Shown: piece after piece, positions 16,652-24,870 of the stretch
Layout of the letters: every line of letters begins with the position of its first letter
How positions within the stretch are numbered: position 1 is the first letter of the stretch
Origin: a virus
Taxonomy: Duplodnaviria; Caudoviricetes
Reading direction: 5' to 3' (one strand)
DNA length: 42,633 nt
Virus record (IMG/VR): IMGVR_UViG_3300049004_000034
Location: 1 to 42,633 of that record
Notes under the pieces: model-generated
What the model saw: only the letters and a program-made list of their open reading frames with translations
What the model was told of the DNA's origin: nothing
Database searches by the model: none
Position numbers and translations under genes: made by a program

Positions 16652-16672
16652 TGCAGAAACATAGCAGTTCGG

Positions 16673-16765
16673 TCAAGCCCAACCAAAAGCGACGTAACAA
16701 ACCCAGTAGCCCGTATGGATAACAGCGATAGCCAAAAGGGCCACAATCATCCTCCCGTCGCTCAT
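16673..16765 (-). CDS. 30-aa membrane peptide
   Basis: MSDGRMIVALLAIAVIHTGYWVCYVAFGWA; ATGA-coupled. Confidence 0.5.
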   Translation of the reverse strand: MSDGRMIVALLAIAVIHTGYWVCYVAFGWA

Positions 16766-17109
16766 GAGTTCAACGGATTCATAGGCTGAATATCGCCCAA
16801 GAGGCTCATCTGGTCTTCCTGACGTCGCTTCGCTCCTGCTGCCGGATGAGCTATCAGTTTGATCCGTTCGTCTTCCTGACTATCCTGATAGACATCGACC
16901 TCGTAGCCGCGAGCCCTCAAGTCCATAGCAATGGCTGGCAGGCTGGCCCAGCCGTTTTCATGGAAGACCTCGGCCAGAACGCCGTCTTTTTTGCTCTCAG
17001 CCGTGCTCAAGAGTTTCACGACCTCTGAAACGTTGGTCAGGTCTTTCGTCAAGGCTTGCGGCACCCAGCCGCCTGCACCATCGTCCTTGTAGGGCTTATG
17101 CAACGGCAT
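16762..17109 (-). CDS. Hypothetical protein
   Basis: Operon continuity; C-terminal QMSLL resembles a sliding-clamp-binding motif. Confidence 0.7.
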   Translation of the reverse strand: MPLHKPYKDDGAGGWVPQALTKDLTNVSEVVKLLSTAESKKDGVLAEVFHENGWASLPAIAMDLRARGYEVDVYQDSQEDERIKLIAHPAAGAKRRQEDQMSLLGDIQPMNPLNS

Positions 17110-17269
17110 TCTTGATCAGATAGTCCTGCTCGGCTTGCCAAAGACGTTGCTCAGCAGCGGAGAGAGCATCGTCTAGCTCAGAAGAGGCCATGGCGCTAAG
17201 TGCCTGACGCACTGCCATGAGAAGCTCTTGCGTCTCTGGAGGATGGCCCTCCCAGCCCCTAAGGGGCAT
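17096..17269 (-). CDS. 57-aa hypothetical protein
   Basis: TAATG coupling; MPLRGWEGHPPETQELL. Confidence 0.6.
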   Translation of the reverse strand: MPLRGWEGHPPETQELLMAVRQALSAMASSELDDALSAAEQRLWQAEQDYLIKNAVA

Positions 17270-17631
17270 TAAGGGGCCAACCCGTCTATCCGCTCGCTAG
17301 TCCGATGCAAATCCCGTACGACCGTGGCCTCGCGCTCTGACTCCTCGACCTTCAGCAGAGACGCCTTAGCCAGCGACGCTGCGATATTTCGCTTCATGCG
17401 ATGTTCCGCTGCGTCTGCTTCTGCTCGAATCTGCGCTACGCCCGATGGTTCTCCGGCCGCGCGATATTCGACAAGCTTGATCGCCTTGGTTTTGCGGTAG
17501 GCAAGGTCTTCCTTGGCAGCCTCTTCTGAATGGTGCACGTAGTCTCGCCGGGCAGCCCTACGGTCTTCTGCGATGGAACGGTCGGCCTTCCGACGGGCAT
17601 CAAGATCCATGACCTCGGGGTTTGCGTTCAC
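17269..17631 (-). CDS. Helical hypothetical protein
   Basis: GAGGGG RBS; GTGA coupling. Confidence 0.75.
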   Translation of the reverse strand: MNANPEVMDLDARRKADRSIAEDRRAARRDYVHHSEEAAKEDLAYRKTKAIKLVEYRAAGEPSGVAQIRAEADAAEHRMKRNIAASLAKASLLKVEESEREATVVRDLHRTSERIDGLAP

Positions 17632-17870
17632 GCGGCCCCTCTCTCCTCATAAGGCCAGAAATCCCCAGCCTCTACCGCGTTACCGTCAACGAAATAAGCC
17701 ACCGTGGTCCATTGCGGGTGCTGCGCTTTGCCTGTAACAAGGATCTCCTCAACTCGGCACTTGCCGATCCACCGAGACACCATCCTCGCTACTTCCTCCG
17801 CTTGTTCACGATGTGCGAACTGAGGACATTCCGATGATCCATCTTTCGGTGCGATCAGATAGACCTTCAT
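17628..17870 (-). CDS. Hypothetical protein
   Basis: MKVYLIAP; ATGA coupling. Confidence 0.7.
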   Translation of the reverse strand: MKVYLIAPKDGSSECPQFAHREQAEEVARMVSRWIGKCRVEEILVTGKAQHPQWTTVAYFVDGNAVEAGDFWPYEERGAA

Positions 17871-18124
17871 CGGAATAGCTGTTCGTTCTGATCGGTCCAC
17901 GCAGCGTAATCGTCCAGCGGCCTTTCGTGGCGTGCTTCTTCTTCTACGCGGCGCTGAGAGCGCTCGTCTGCAAAGAGATATGGAGGCATCGGTGGGTCCT
18001 GGACTCGCCAAGGACCAGAAAGCGCCTCGGCTTTCCAACGCGCGTCTTCTCGCGCTACTCGCCGTTCTTCGGCCTGATCCGCTGCTTCTTGCTCGGCACG
18101 CTCTCTGGCTTCTTGAGGGTTCAC
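17867..18124 (-). CDS. Hypothetical protein
   Basis: Coupled at both ends. Confidence 0.7.
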   Translation of the reverse strand: MNPQEARERAEQEAADQAEERRVAREDARWKAEALSGPWRVQDPPMPPYLFADERSQRRVEEEARHERPLDDYAAWTDQNEQLFR

Positions 18125-18240
18125 GGCTGCAGCGACCCCGGACGCTTGAAACCCTTCTCAGGGCTGAGTCGTTTCTGGTCGTAATCAGCGCGTCGAATTG
18201 CTAGCTTGCGTCGCGCTCTCTTCGCCGCTCTCTTGCTCAT
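18121..18240 (-). CDS. 39-aa basic protein
   Basis: MSKRAAKRARRKLAIRR...GFKRPGSLQP; coupled at both ends. Confidence 0.6.
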   Translation of the reverse strand: MSKRAAKRARRKLAIRRADYDQKRLSPEKGFKRPGSLQP

Positions 18241-18815
18241 ACAGCTCTCCTCGCCGTCTCGTTGATCCTGGCTTCCAGCTTGCTCAAGACCTTTTCGATC
18301 TTTCTCTCGGCAAACCGAAGTTCCGATCCAAAGGTACCACGGCCGTGCAAGAGTGGGTTGTCCCGGATGCGGTCCAAGGCTCCTTTGACGTCGGCGCGAT
18401 GACTTCTAAGCAGTTGAAGGGCTGGATCGCTGCTCTGTTTCTTGAAGCGTTCCTGGTCTGCTCTTGAGACTTCCTCTCCAGAGCCTCTGAGGGCCGCTCC
18501 AGGGCTATGGGTATAACCAGATGCCTCGGAGGCTTTGACAAGCTCAGCGCCCGTTAGATCGTCTCTCAGGCCCTCCTCGTAGCCCGCACTACGTGTCCTG
18601 GCGCGTAGTAGGCGGGGGCGGTCGTCCCTGACCACGTAGATCAAAACTCGTTCCTCGTCGCTCTCTTCGATGCCCGCTATGAGAAGAGACACTTTCGTTG
18701 AGAGCTTCAAGTCCTTTTCGTTGCCGATGTAGGTCCAGTCCTTCGGCAACGTGATCCTTGGGTGTTCTCCCGCAAACAGAGCTTTGCGTTGAGCGCGCGT
18801 GAGGCTCAGTCGCAT
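18237..18815 (-). CDS. Hypothetical protein
   Basis: 192-aa ORF in operon. Confidence 0.8.
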   Translation of the reverse strand: MRLSLTRAQRKALFAGEHPRITLPKDWTYIGNEKDLKLSTKVSLLIAGIEESDEERVLIYVVRDDRPRLLRARTRSAGYEEGLRDDLTGAELVKASEASGYTHSPGAALRGSGEEVSRADQERFKKQSSDPALQLLRSHRADVKGALDRIRDNPLLHGRGTFGSELRFAERKIEKVLSKLEARINETARRAV

Positions 18816-18961
18816 CGTGCGAGCTTCCCTTCTTCGCGTTCGCGCGCCTTGACGAGTTGTTCACGGCGCCACGCCTCGGCCCGTTCCAGCCGTGCAGCAC
18901 CTAGCCGACCATAGATCTTCTCGTTGGCTTTGCGTTGCTGGCGGGTAAGGGAGAGAGTCAA
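18806..18961 (-). CDS. 51-aa hypothetical protein
   Basis: TTGA coupling; N-terminus (M)TLSLTRQQRKA resembles that of the next gene (MRLSLTRAQRKA). Confidence 0.55.
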   Translation of the reverse strand: MTLSLTRQQRKANEKIYGRLGAARLERAEAWRREQLVKAREREEGKLARCD

Positions 18962-19182
18962 GCGGATCTTCCTCGGTGAATGTCAACCACTTCCTTCAGA
19001 TAGAGCGCCCAGAGAGCTGGGCCACCCACGGTGACAAAAGCCGCCTTAACCCACGCAGGAGGTCGATGGTTGTAGTGGCGCTGGACTGGGCCGGACATAA
19101 GCCGCAGCACGGCAACCAAGAGGGCTTGAATCGCTAGCGCGACAAGCCACCAACCGGAGATTGTAATCGTGACGCTATGCAT
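18958..19182 (-). CDS. Small two-TM membrane protein
   Basis: Two hydrophobic stretches. Confidence 0.65.
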   Translation of the reverse strand: MHSVTITISGWWLVALAIQALLVAVLRLMSGPVQRHYNHRPPAWVKAAFVTVGGPALWALYLKEVVDIHRGRSA

Positions 19183-19266
19183 CGCTAACCTTCAAACGCT
19201 CTTCGGCTACCGCGCGCCAGTGCACATAAGCGCGATAGCTGCACCGCCATTCCGTGAGGTAGTGAG

Positions 19267-19779
19267 CTAGTTTAGCTTCAAGTTCGCTTCGATCCTCCTT
19301 ACGAGCCAAATCTTCCATTGCTCAGATCCCTCCTCGCCTGGAACTCTCTCTGCAAAGCGTTCCGTCTTGGCCTTGGTTTTGAAGATCGTATCCCAATCGT
19401 TATAAGCCTTCAACTTGCCGTTCTTCTGCTCGGCTTCGTAGGGATCGAAGGCAGCGCCGCAGATTGCTTTTAGGCAATCGATAAGCCCGTGCTTCCCTCG
19501 CTTCAGGTGGGGGCGGATCAACTTGAAGTCCTCCAGGTCAAACCCAGTCAGAGGATGCCAGCAAGCTAGACGCCACCATTCATGAATGGCTTGCGCCTCT
19601 TCCCAGAGCGGATCGTTAGAGCTGACCTGTTCTTCGGCCCGTTCCAGCTTCGTGATCTTGGCCTTGAGGATGCGGAGATCCTTCTCGTACTGGACCAGGG
19701 TTCGCTCAGCCTGATCGCAACCAGGACACCCCTCATGAACCTCTCCCTGCTCATCTACGACCCGAAGAAGCGGCCTCAC
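19267..19779 (-). CDS. Protein resembling the C-terminal domain of phage replication initiators
   Basis: CLKAICGAAFDPY...YNDWDTIFK...ERF; N-terminal CPGC and coiled coil. Confidence 0.5.
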   Translation of the reverse strand: MRPLLRVVDEQGEVHEGCPGCDQAERTLVQYEKDLRILKAKITKLERAEEQVSSNDPLWEEAQAIHEWWRLACWHPLTGFDLEDFKLIRPHLKRGKHGLIDCLKAICGAAFDPYEAEQKNGKLKAYNDWDTIFKTKAKTERFAERVPGEEGSEQWKIWLVRRIEANLKLN

Positions 19780-19943
19780 GTCCAGTCTGCTTCGGTCTTC
19801 TGCTGATGACGCAGTGCAGCGAACAGACGTGGGTCTGCGCCTAGACGGTCCAGGAGGGGCCAGAGACTACGCAAGCTCTCAGTTTCCCGATGCACCTTCA
19901 CGACCTTCATTTCCCAACGCTGGAGCTGCTCTGAGGCCGTCAC
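19776..19943 (-). CDS. 55-aa hypothetical protein
   Basis: GTGA overlaps at both ends. Confidence 0.6.
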   Translation of the reverse strand: MTASEQLQRWEMKVVKVHRETESLRSLWPLLDRLGADPRLFAALRHQQKTEADWT

Positions 19944-20374
19944 GCGGTAGCCGCAAGCGCGTCGGCCAGGATGTTGAAATGGGCTCCATGGTGGCCCTTG
20001 ACCCAGCTAAATCGCATGGCAGGTAGAACAAGGGCGTCTAGCTCGCGCCAGAGGTCCACGTTCTTGACGCGATGCGGGGACTTGGCTTTCTTGCGCCAGC
20101 CGTTGCGCTTCCAGTTATGCCGCCAGTCGTTGATCCCATCGACCACGTATCTGGAGTCGGAGATCAGTTTGATATGGCGAGGCGATTCCCGGAGTTCGCC
20201 AGTCCACCGCAGAGCTTCGATCATTGCCGTTAGCTCCATGCGATTGTTCGTGGTCTCCTCGTCCGAGCAGCCGGAAGCTTCCCAAATGATTGCGCCTTTC
20301 TCCTCAACTACGAAAGCCCAACCTCCAGGTCCTGGGTTTCCTACACAAGAGCCGTCTGTCCAGATTCTCAGCAT
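19940..20374 (-). CDS. rnhA: Ribonuclease HI
   Basis: TDGSC.GNPGPGGW, TTNNRMEL, SDSRY, WKRNGW, VKNVDLW, WVKGH, N..ADALA; all catalytic acids present; GGGGAG RBS before ATG 20374. Confidence 0.96.
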   Translation of the reverse strand: MLRIWTDGSCVGNPGPGGWAFVVEEKGAIIWEASGCSDEETTNNRMELTAMIEALRWTGELRESPRHIKLISDSRYVVDGINDWRHNWKRNGWRKKAKSPHRVKNVDLWRELDALVLPAMRFSWVKGHHGAHFNILADALAATA

Positions 20375-20399
20375 TCTCTCCCCGTCTCTCCCTGCACTC

Positions 20400-20836
20400 A
20401 CTCCTTCTATCACGTCCCAGACTCAGAAGCTACGTGTTTTCCAAAGCCCCGTAAGGGCCATAGAACCCCCGGCAGCCGTTACGCCCAGGCACTCCCTGCG
20501 CTTAATGAGCCCTGGAACAGACTGGCTGGGTAAGGCAGGCTGTGGAAGGGCTCTTAGGTAAGCCGCTCTCCCTCTGTCCGTTACGACAAAGAGATTGAGA
20601 TCCCGTTCCGCTCCTTCTCCTCTGACCTCCCGGTGACTTCTAACTTCAGAAGCTCCAACTGAGGGTTTGATGTATCTGCTCTCGGGCTAGACTTGCCCAG
20701 AAGGTGCCTTCTCTTCTGATCGCTACTTCAGAAGTCAGCGGCTACATTCGGCCTACCTATGGACTGGTTAACGCCTCTCGGTGGGGGCGCTCCGGGCTTT
20801 ACCGGCAGTGGCTTGACACAAGGTAGGCCGCGTCTG
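20400..20836 (-). other. Long structured non-coding region, candidate RNA-primed replication origin
   Basis: No convincing ORF; inverted repeat 20749-20758/20821-20830; ACTTCAGAAG repeats; minus strand ends GGGGG-TT-CTATGG...TGGAAAAC. Confidence 0.4.
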
Positions 20837-21079
20837 CTACGCTGCGGCTGTCGATCCTTTCTGGCGAGTGGGTTGACAATCTTTGAGAGGCCGTCCTTCG
20901 GGGCGGTCTTTCTCTTTTGAGGCAAGCTGCTTCCTGAAAGCCGCGTGAGCCATCTCCTGCCACGAGAACGGCCTAGAAGCCCGCGCGAGCCATTTCTCCC
21001 ACGCCTTCTCAGCCTCAGATCCCTCCCAGCGCTTCTGCGCCGCTAAGATCTGCTCCAGTAGATCGGAGGTTTCAAGCAT
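20837..21079 (-). CDS. Hypothetical protein
   Basis: MLETSDLLEQIL; overlaps upstream stop. Confidence 0.6.
   Translation of the reverse strand: MLETSDLLEQILAAQKRWEGSEAEKAWEKWLARASRPFSWQEMAHAAFRKQLASKEKDRPEGRPLKDCQPTRQKGSTAAA
20849..20918 (+). ncRNA. Candidate ~70-nt antisense RNA
   Basis: TTGACA (20813) and TGcTACGCT (-10 at 20838-20843); hairpin 20849-20878; terminator stem with cUUCGg loop and U-tract; GU pairs only work on +. Confidence 0.6.
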
Positions 21080-21281
21080 GTGCCTTGACCTTCGCCCGGC
21101 TCTCCACGAAGAGGCGCTTCTCAACGCGAACTTTCGAATGCGGGTTCTCAACGCCTCCCGTGCACCACTCGCGCATGGAGTTGCCCATCCCGTGCCTAGC
21201 CACCTTTCCAATCCGATGGCAAGTCGGCTCCGGACAAACTGGGAGACAGACATACAGCCGTTTGTGCACGCGCTCAGGCAT
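21072..21281 (-). CDS. Cys/His-rich small protein
   Basis: YVCLPVCPEPTC...WC...H; TAGGAT upstream. Confidence 0.65.
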   Translation of the reverse strand: MPERVHKRLYVCLPVCPEPTCHRIGKVARHGMGNSMREWCTGGVENPHSKVRVEKRLFVESRAKVKAHA

Positions 21282-21314
21282 CAGAGAACCATCCTAACAT
21301 GCCTCGGCGCGCTT

Positions 21315-21350
21315 AAAAGCCCGCCACCCTCAACCAAGAGAGCAGCGGGC
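21315..21350 (-). terminator. Intrinsic terminator
   Basis: GCCCGCTGCTCTC-TTGGTT-GAGGGTGGCGGGC-TTTT. Confidence 0.75.
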
Positions 21351-21406
21351 CGGTCCCATCGTCGTCAGCGGTGCGTAGATAGTCTTGAGAGCTTCTGTTG
21401 TAGCTC

Positions 21407-21664
21407 CTAAGGAGCGTTCTCGTCTTTTGAAGGAGCACATAGCGTCGCGGGCCTACGGGGCCTTGTAGAGCCCCCTACGACTCGCTCTGCGTAATCGGCT
21501 GCTTCTCGTTCGGTCGTGCTATTGGGACCGTAGTAGCACGGATGCTTGAACTTCTCGGCGGCGTGTCGGCTGCCTGCCGTCCAACCCCGCAACCATGCGG
21601 TTTCGAGTTCTTCTCGAAGGAGCACTTCAATCCCCTCGGTTCCAATCAGATCCTCAATTGTCAT
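21407..21664 (-). CDS. Hypothetical protein
   Basis: Operon continuity. Confidence 0.7.
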   Translation of the reverse strand: MTIEDLIGTEGIEVLLREELETAWLRGWTAGSRHAAEKFKHPCYYGPNSTTEREAADYAERVVGGSTRPRRPATLCAPSKDENAP

Positions 21665-22175
21665 GAGAAGCCATCCACTTTTCGATTCGGGCCAGGAGGA
21701 TCGCTCCAGTGCCTAGCTTAATCTGAGCGTCATTAATCACTCGGCCGCCATCCTCAGGACCGCGACCCTTGAAAAGGGTTTCAGCTTGAACAAGGGCTTC
21801 GTCGTCCTGGCGCTGCCACTCCTCCAGCCAGGGCCCTAGCTGGGCCACTGGGAAGAGTTCTCCGAGAGGCCAAGAGGTTATGCCGCCTTGGAAAGCATCA
21901 ACTTCAGGGCTCTCTCGCTCCCAGCCGATATCGCCCAGGAGGTTGGAGAGAGCTGCGACCTGGCGAGCAGCGTCGGAGCACTCTGCATAGATCTTGGTTG
22001 AGATCCGGTGGTCCAAACGTTGAGCAAGCCTTTGAATTGAATCCAAAGCATGGCATGCGACGTGGTCTCTCTCCTCTCGACTGAGGCGAAAGGCTTCTCC
22101 TCGCAGGTTCTCGGGTCGCATGGCCTCTCCGATCTCTTCGAAACTGAGCCCTGTGAATTTGGAATTCATACTCAA
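21654..22175 (-). CDS. Hypothetical protein
   Basis: GGAGG RBS; start at 22175 or 22169. Confidence 0.75.
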   Translation of the reverse strand: MSMNSKFTGLSFEEIGEAMRPENLRGEAFRLSREERDHVACHALDSIQRLAQRLDHRISTKIYAECSDAARQVAALSNLLGDIGWERESPEVDAFQGGITSWPLGELFPVAQLGPWLEEWQRQDDEALVQAETLFKGRGPEDGGRVINDAQIKLGTGAILLARIEKWMASHDN

Positions 22176-22570
22176 GCCTCCACGGGACGGCCGGTGGCTC
22201 GGATGATCTTAGCTATCTGGCTTGGCTCCTTGGCAAACGCATCGCGTCCGTCGAGTACTTCTGCGATCTGATCCAGAGCCACCGAGTCTCCGATTTCAGC
22301 CAGAAGATCTTCGTTGATCCCGTAAAGATGTTCGGCAGCCCCGCGTCTGGGGATTTCATTGAGAAGCTTCAGGGCTCCCTCGTCCCTTAGCTTCATTACG
22401 TGGTAGCTGACGCTGCCAATCGGTCGTTTGAGCTGCTTGTGCAGCCCCACGGGGCTTACGAGGCGACCTTGGGCGTGAGCCTCACGAGCTGCCTGGAGGA
22501 CCTCTCGCCTGATCTCGTGGCCGTTGATCACGGCCAGACGCTCTGCGATAGATTTCTCGGGCTTAGACAT
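22172..22570 (-). CDS. ArsR-like winged-helix transcriptional regulator
   Basis: H.IRREVL...SPVGLHKQLKRPIGSVSYHVMKL...RRGAAEHLY. Confidence 0.85.
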   Translation of the reverse strand: MSKPEKSIAERLAVINGHEIRREVLQAAREAHAQGRLVSPVGLHKQLKRPIGSVSYHVMKLRDEGALKLLNEIPRRGAAEHLYGINEDLLAEIGDSVALDQIAEVLDGRDAFAKEPSQIAKIIRATGRPVEA

Positions 22571-22745
22571 CTCCCTCTTCCTCCCGTTTCAATGCGTCGC
22601 GGTCCCCATCAGGCCATAGATAGGCGCCCACCAACCTCCTGGCCCAGGTGCCATCACCCAACTCGTAGCGAGACCGAGCGATAGCTGCTGCCAGGCGTTC
22701 ATCGTGGTCAGCGGGGCGAATATCAACCCTTGACGTTGCGTCCAT
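22563..22745 (-). CDS. Hypothetical protein
   Basis: GGGAG RBS after a strong promoter. Confidence 0.7.
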   Translation of the reverse strand: MDATSRVDIRPADHDERLAAAIARSRYELGDGTWARRLVGAYLWPDGDRDALKREEEGDV

Positions 22746-22782
22746 TGGCTCTCTCCCAACGTTGTTAGTCAGTGCTTCTTAG

Positions 22783-22810
22783 ACCATACAGTTTGAGGAG
22801 AACCTGTCAA
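22783..22810 (-). promoter_or_regulatory. Sigma70-type promoter
   Basis: TTGACA-16bp-TATGGT just downstream of a terminator. Confidence 0.65.
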
Positions 22811-22822
22811 GAGCTACAGAAC

Positions 22823-22853
22823 AAAAAGAGCCACCCTCCGAAGAGAGTGGCTC
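22823..22853 (-). terminator. Intrinsic terminator
   Basis: GAGCCACTCTC-TTCG-GAGGGTGGCTC-TTTTT. Confidence 0.85.
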
Positions 22854-22911
22854 GCAAAAGGACCAGTCCAAAGGTCGCTGCACTCGGAGCGTATCAGCTA
22901 GAAAGGAAGCA

Positions 22912-23373
22912 TTAGTCGATCCGCTGCATAAGCCCGTGATGCTGCGAGTGATGGGACGGGCATAACCACCTGACCTCCAAAGGCTTGCTGTAGTCGTCGT
23001 GGTGGGCATGAACGATTTGGTCTCCGCAAATCTCGCAAGGCTGTCGGATGAGTTTACCGCTTCGCACTGCCTTGGCCACGATTGAATGAACCCGCTTCTT
23101 CTCGGGATTTGCCTCATTCCAGCGCTTACCAATTTCGCGGATCTTCTCGGGGTTCTCCCGCGCCCACTTCTTCGCAAGCGCTTGTCGTTTCCCCTTATCC
23201 CTTTCGTAGCGCGCTCGGTCACCCGCTCGCACAAGCGCAGGGTCACGCCTAGCTATCCATTCCCGGCGTTCCTTAAGGGTCTTGCGGTTGTACCAGCCCC
23301 GCATGTAGTCCCGTTTCTTGCACTTCGGGCAGACCCCACATTGACAACTCGGAGGTCTGCCCGTCTTCGCCAT
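22912..23373 (-). CDS. HNH-family endonuclease with Zn motifs
   Basis: CQCGVCPKC; GKLIRQPCEICG...HAHHDDYSKPLEVRWLCPSHH. Confidence 0.8.
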   Translation of the reverse strand: MAKTGRPPSCQCGVCPKCKKRDYMRGWYNRKTLKERREWIARRDPALVRAGDRARYERDKGKRQALAKKWARENPEKIREIGKRWNEANPEKKRVHSIVAKAVRSGKLIRQPCEICGDQIVHAHHDDYSKPLEVRWLCPSHHSQHHGLMQRID

Positions 23374-23904
23374 CTAGAAAGGAATTGTACTACTTTCCCC
23401 GTCTTCTTTGGGCGCGGGTTTGGCTTCTTTAGCCGCATCGCTGATCGCAGCGGTCTTTTCATCCAGGACACAGGCGAAAGCCTCTAGCTCGTCGATGCGG
23501 CCTTGAACTTCCGAGCCAGTTGCCGCAACGGGCAATGGTAGGAAGCTATGAGCCGCTACGAGGAGGTTGTGAGCGTGTCTGGCTCCAGCGATTTCAGAGG
23601 GATCACGCGACTTGAAGGTGCCTCCGCCTCCTCCAGGCGAGGTACCGCCGGAGAATCCCTCCTTCTGGGCCTTCTTAAACCTCGGAGGGAAGTCCGGGTT
23701 CCTATTGGGCATGATGTCCCCTGAGAGCGTTTCTCCGGGCTGTGGAGGCGCTGTCGTAGGCTTCTGGTTCATCTCCACCTGGTGAGTGATCCCAGAGCCC
23801 TGAGGCGCCTCTTCCAGCTCCAGAGCATAGGTCTTCATCGGGCCGTATTGCCCCGACCAGTCTTCCTTGTGGTCCGCTCGTACGATTACGTAATCCTTGC
23901 TCAT
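23374..23904 (-). CDS. Single-stranded DNA-binding protein (putative)
   Basis: OB-like N-terminus (WSGQYGPMKTY.L), Gly linker, C-terminal ...STIPF. Confidence 0.65.
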   Translation of the reverse strand: MSKDYVIVRADHKEDWSGQYGPMKTYALELEEAPQGSGITHQVEMNQKPTTAPPQPGETLSGDIMPNRNPDFPPRFKKAQKEGFSGGTSPGGGGGTFKSRDPSEIAGARHAHNLLVAAHSFLPLPVAATGSEVQGRIDELEAFACVLDEKTAAISDAAKEAKPAPKEDGESSTIPF

Positions 23905-24107
23905 CAGTGAGTCTCCACCTTCTCCCGCGTTTCTTCTTTCTCGAGGTTTTCGTTGGCGCGCAACCGCGCTATCAGCAAGTATTCTTCCGCCAGAGTGAGG
24001 AGTCCTTCCAATCGTTTGTCATCCCGGCTGAGTCGCCTGAGGTACTTGACCTTGACGGCCAATTCCTCGGACTCCCGGCAGAGCCGCTTCATTCTTAGCT
24101 CGTTCAT
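23904..24107 (-). CDS. Hypothetical helical protein (leaderless)
   Basis: TAGATT-GTGTCC-ATG; operator 24103-24116 overlaps the start. Confidence 0.7.
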   Translation of the reverse strand: MNELRMKRLCRESEELAVKVKYLRRLSRDDKRLEGLLTLAEEYLLIARLRANENLEKEETREKVETH

Positions 24108-24155
24108 GGACACAATCTAGCGCAGCTTGCGGACGTAGGATAGGGTGCCCTCTCC

Positions 24156-24836
24156 GTGGCGAGGAGAAAGACAGGGAAACGTTCGCGGCAAGCGCGAGAA
24201 GCGGTGCGGGCTGGCCGCCATAAGCAGATCAATCGGGATCTGGAAGCTAGAAATCAAGAACCCGAGCAGAAACGTTGCTCGTTATGCAGGGTCTTCAAGC
24301 CAATTGACGAGTTCTATGCGCGACGAATCAAGCTCAAGAGCGGAGCGGTTGTTCAGCGGGCAGAATCGTGGTGCAAGGAATGCACGAAGGAGCGCCAAAA
24401 GCTCTACCGGAAACGTCAGGGTTCCCAAAAAGGAAGTTGGGCGAATTACCGGAAGGGACTCAGCGGGATTCGCTTGGAACGGTACCTGGAAAAGCAGCGA
24501 CAACGTTCAACCGCGTACCGACGTCGCAAGGGGAGTCTTCCCGGGACGACACGTAAGCCTGCCAAAGAAAAGGGGTTCAGGAAACGTGTGCCTGTGGAGC
24601 CGCTAGCCGTGTTTCTGGAATCCAAGGAGAAAGGCAGTGTGCGAAGGCTCTCGCGTCTCTCGGGGGTCGATGAACGCCGTTTCCAAGCGATTCTCAAACG
24701 TGAGACCAAAGGCATCTCGCTCAAGCTGGTCGATGAGATCCTCGTCGGTCTGGACTGCGCAGAGGAACTGGCTACGCTATATCCGCTCCCAGAACCCAGG
24801 GTGGGCTATCGAGTGATCAGCCTGCCGAAGACATAA
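24156..24836 (+). CDS. Zn-finger plus C-terminal Cro/C1-type HTH protein
   Basis: CSLC..KPIDEF...SWCKEC; SVRRLSRLSGVDERRFQAILKRETKGISLKLVDEIL. Confidence 0.7.
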   Translation: MARRKTGKRSRQAREAVRAGRHKQINRDLEARNQEPEQKRCSLCRVFKPIDEFYARRIKLKSGAVVQRAESWCKECTKERQKLYRKRQGSQKGSWANYRKGLSGIRLERYLEKQRQRSTAYRRRKGSLPGTTRKPAKEKGFRKRVPVEPLAVFLESKEKGSVRRLSRLSGVDERRFQAILKRETKGISLKLVDEILVGLDCAEELATLYPLPEPRVGYRVISLPKT

Positions 24837-24870
24837 AAAAACCTCCCGTCCCTTTTCAAGAACGAGAGGC
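24835..24870 (-). terminator. Intrinsic terminator (end of lysis operon / sRNA)
   Basis: GCCTCTCGTTCTT-GAAA-AGGGACGGGAGGT-TTTTTT. Confidence 0.8.
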
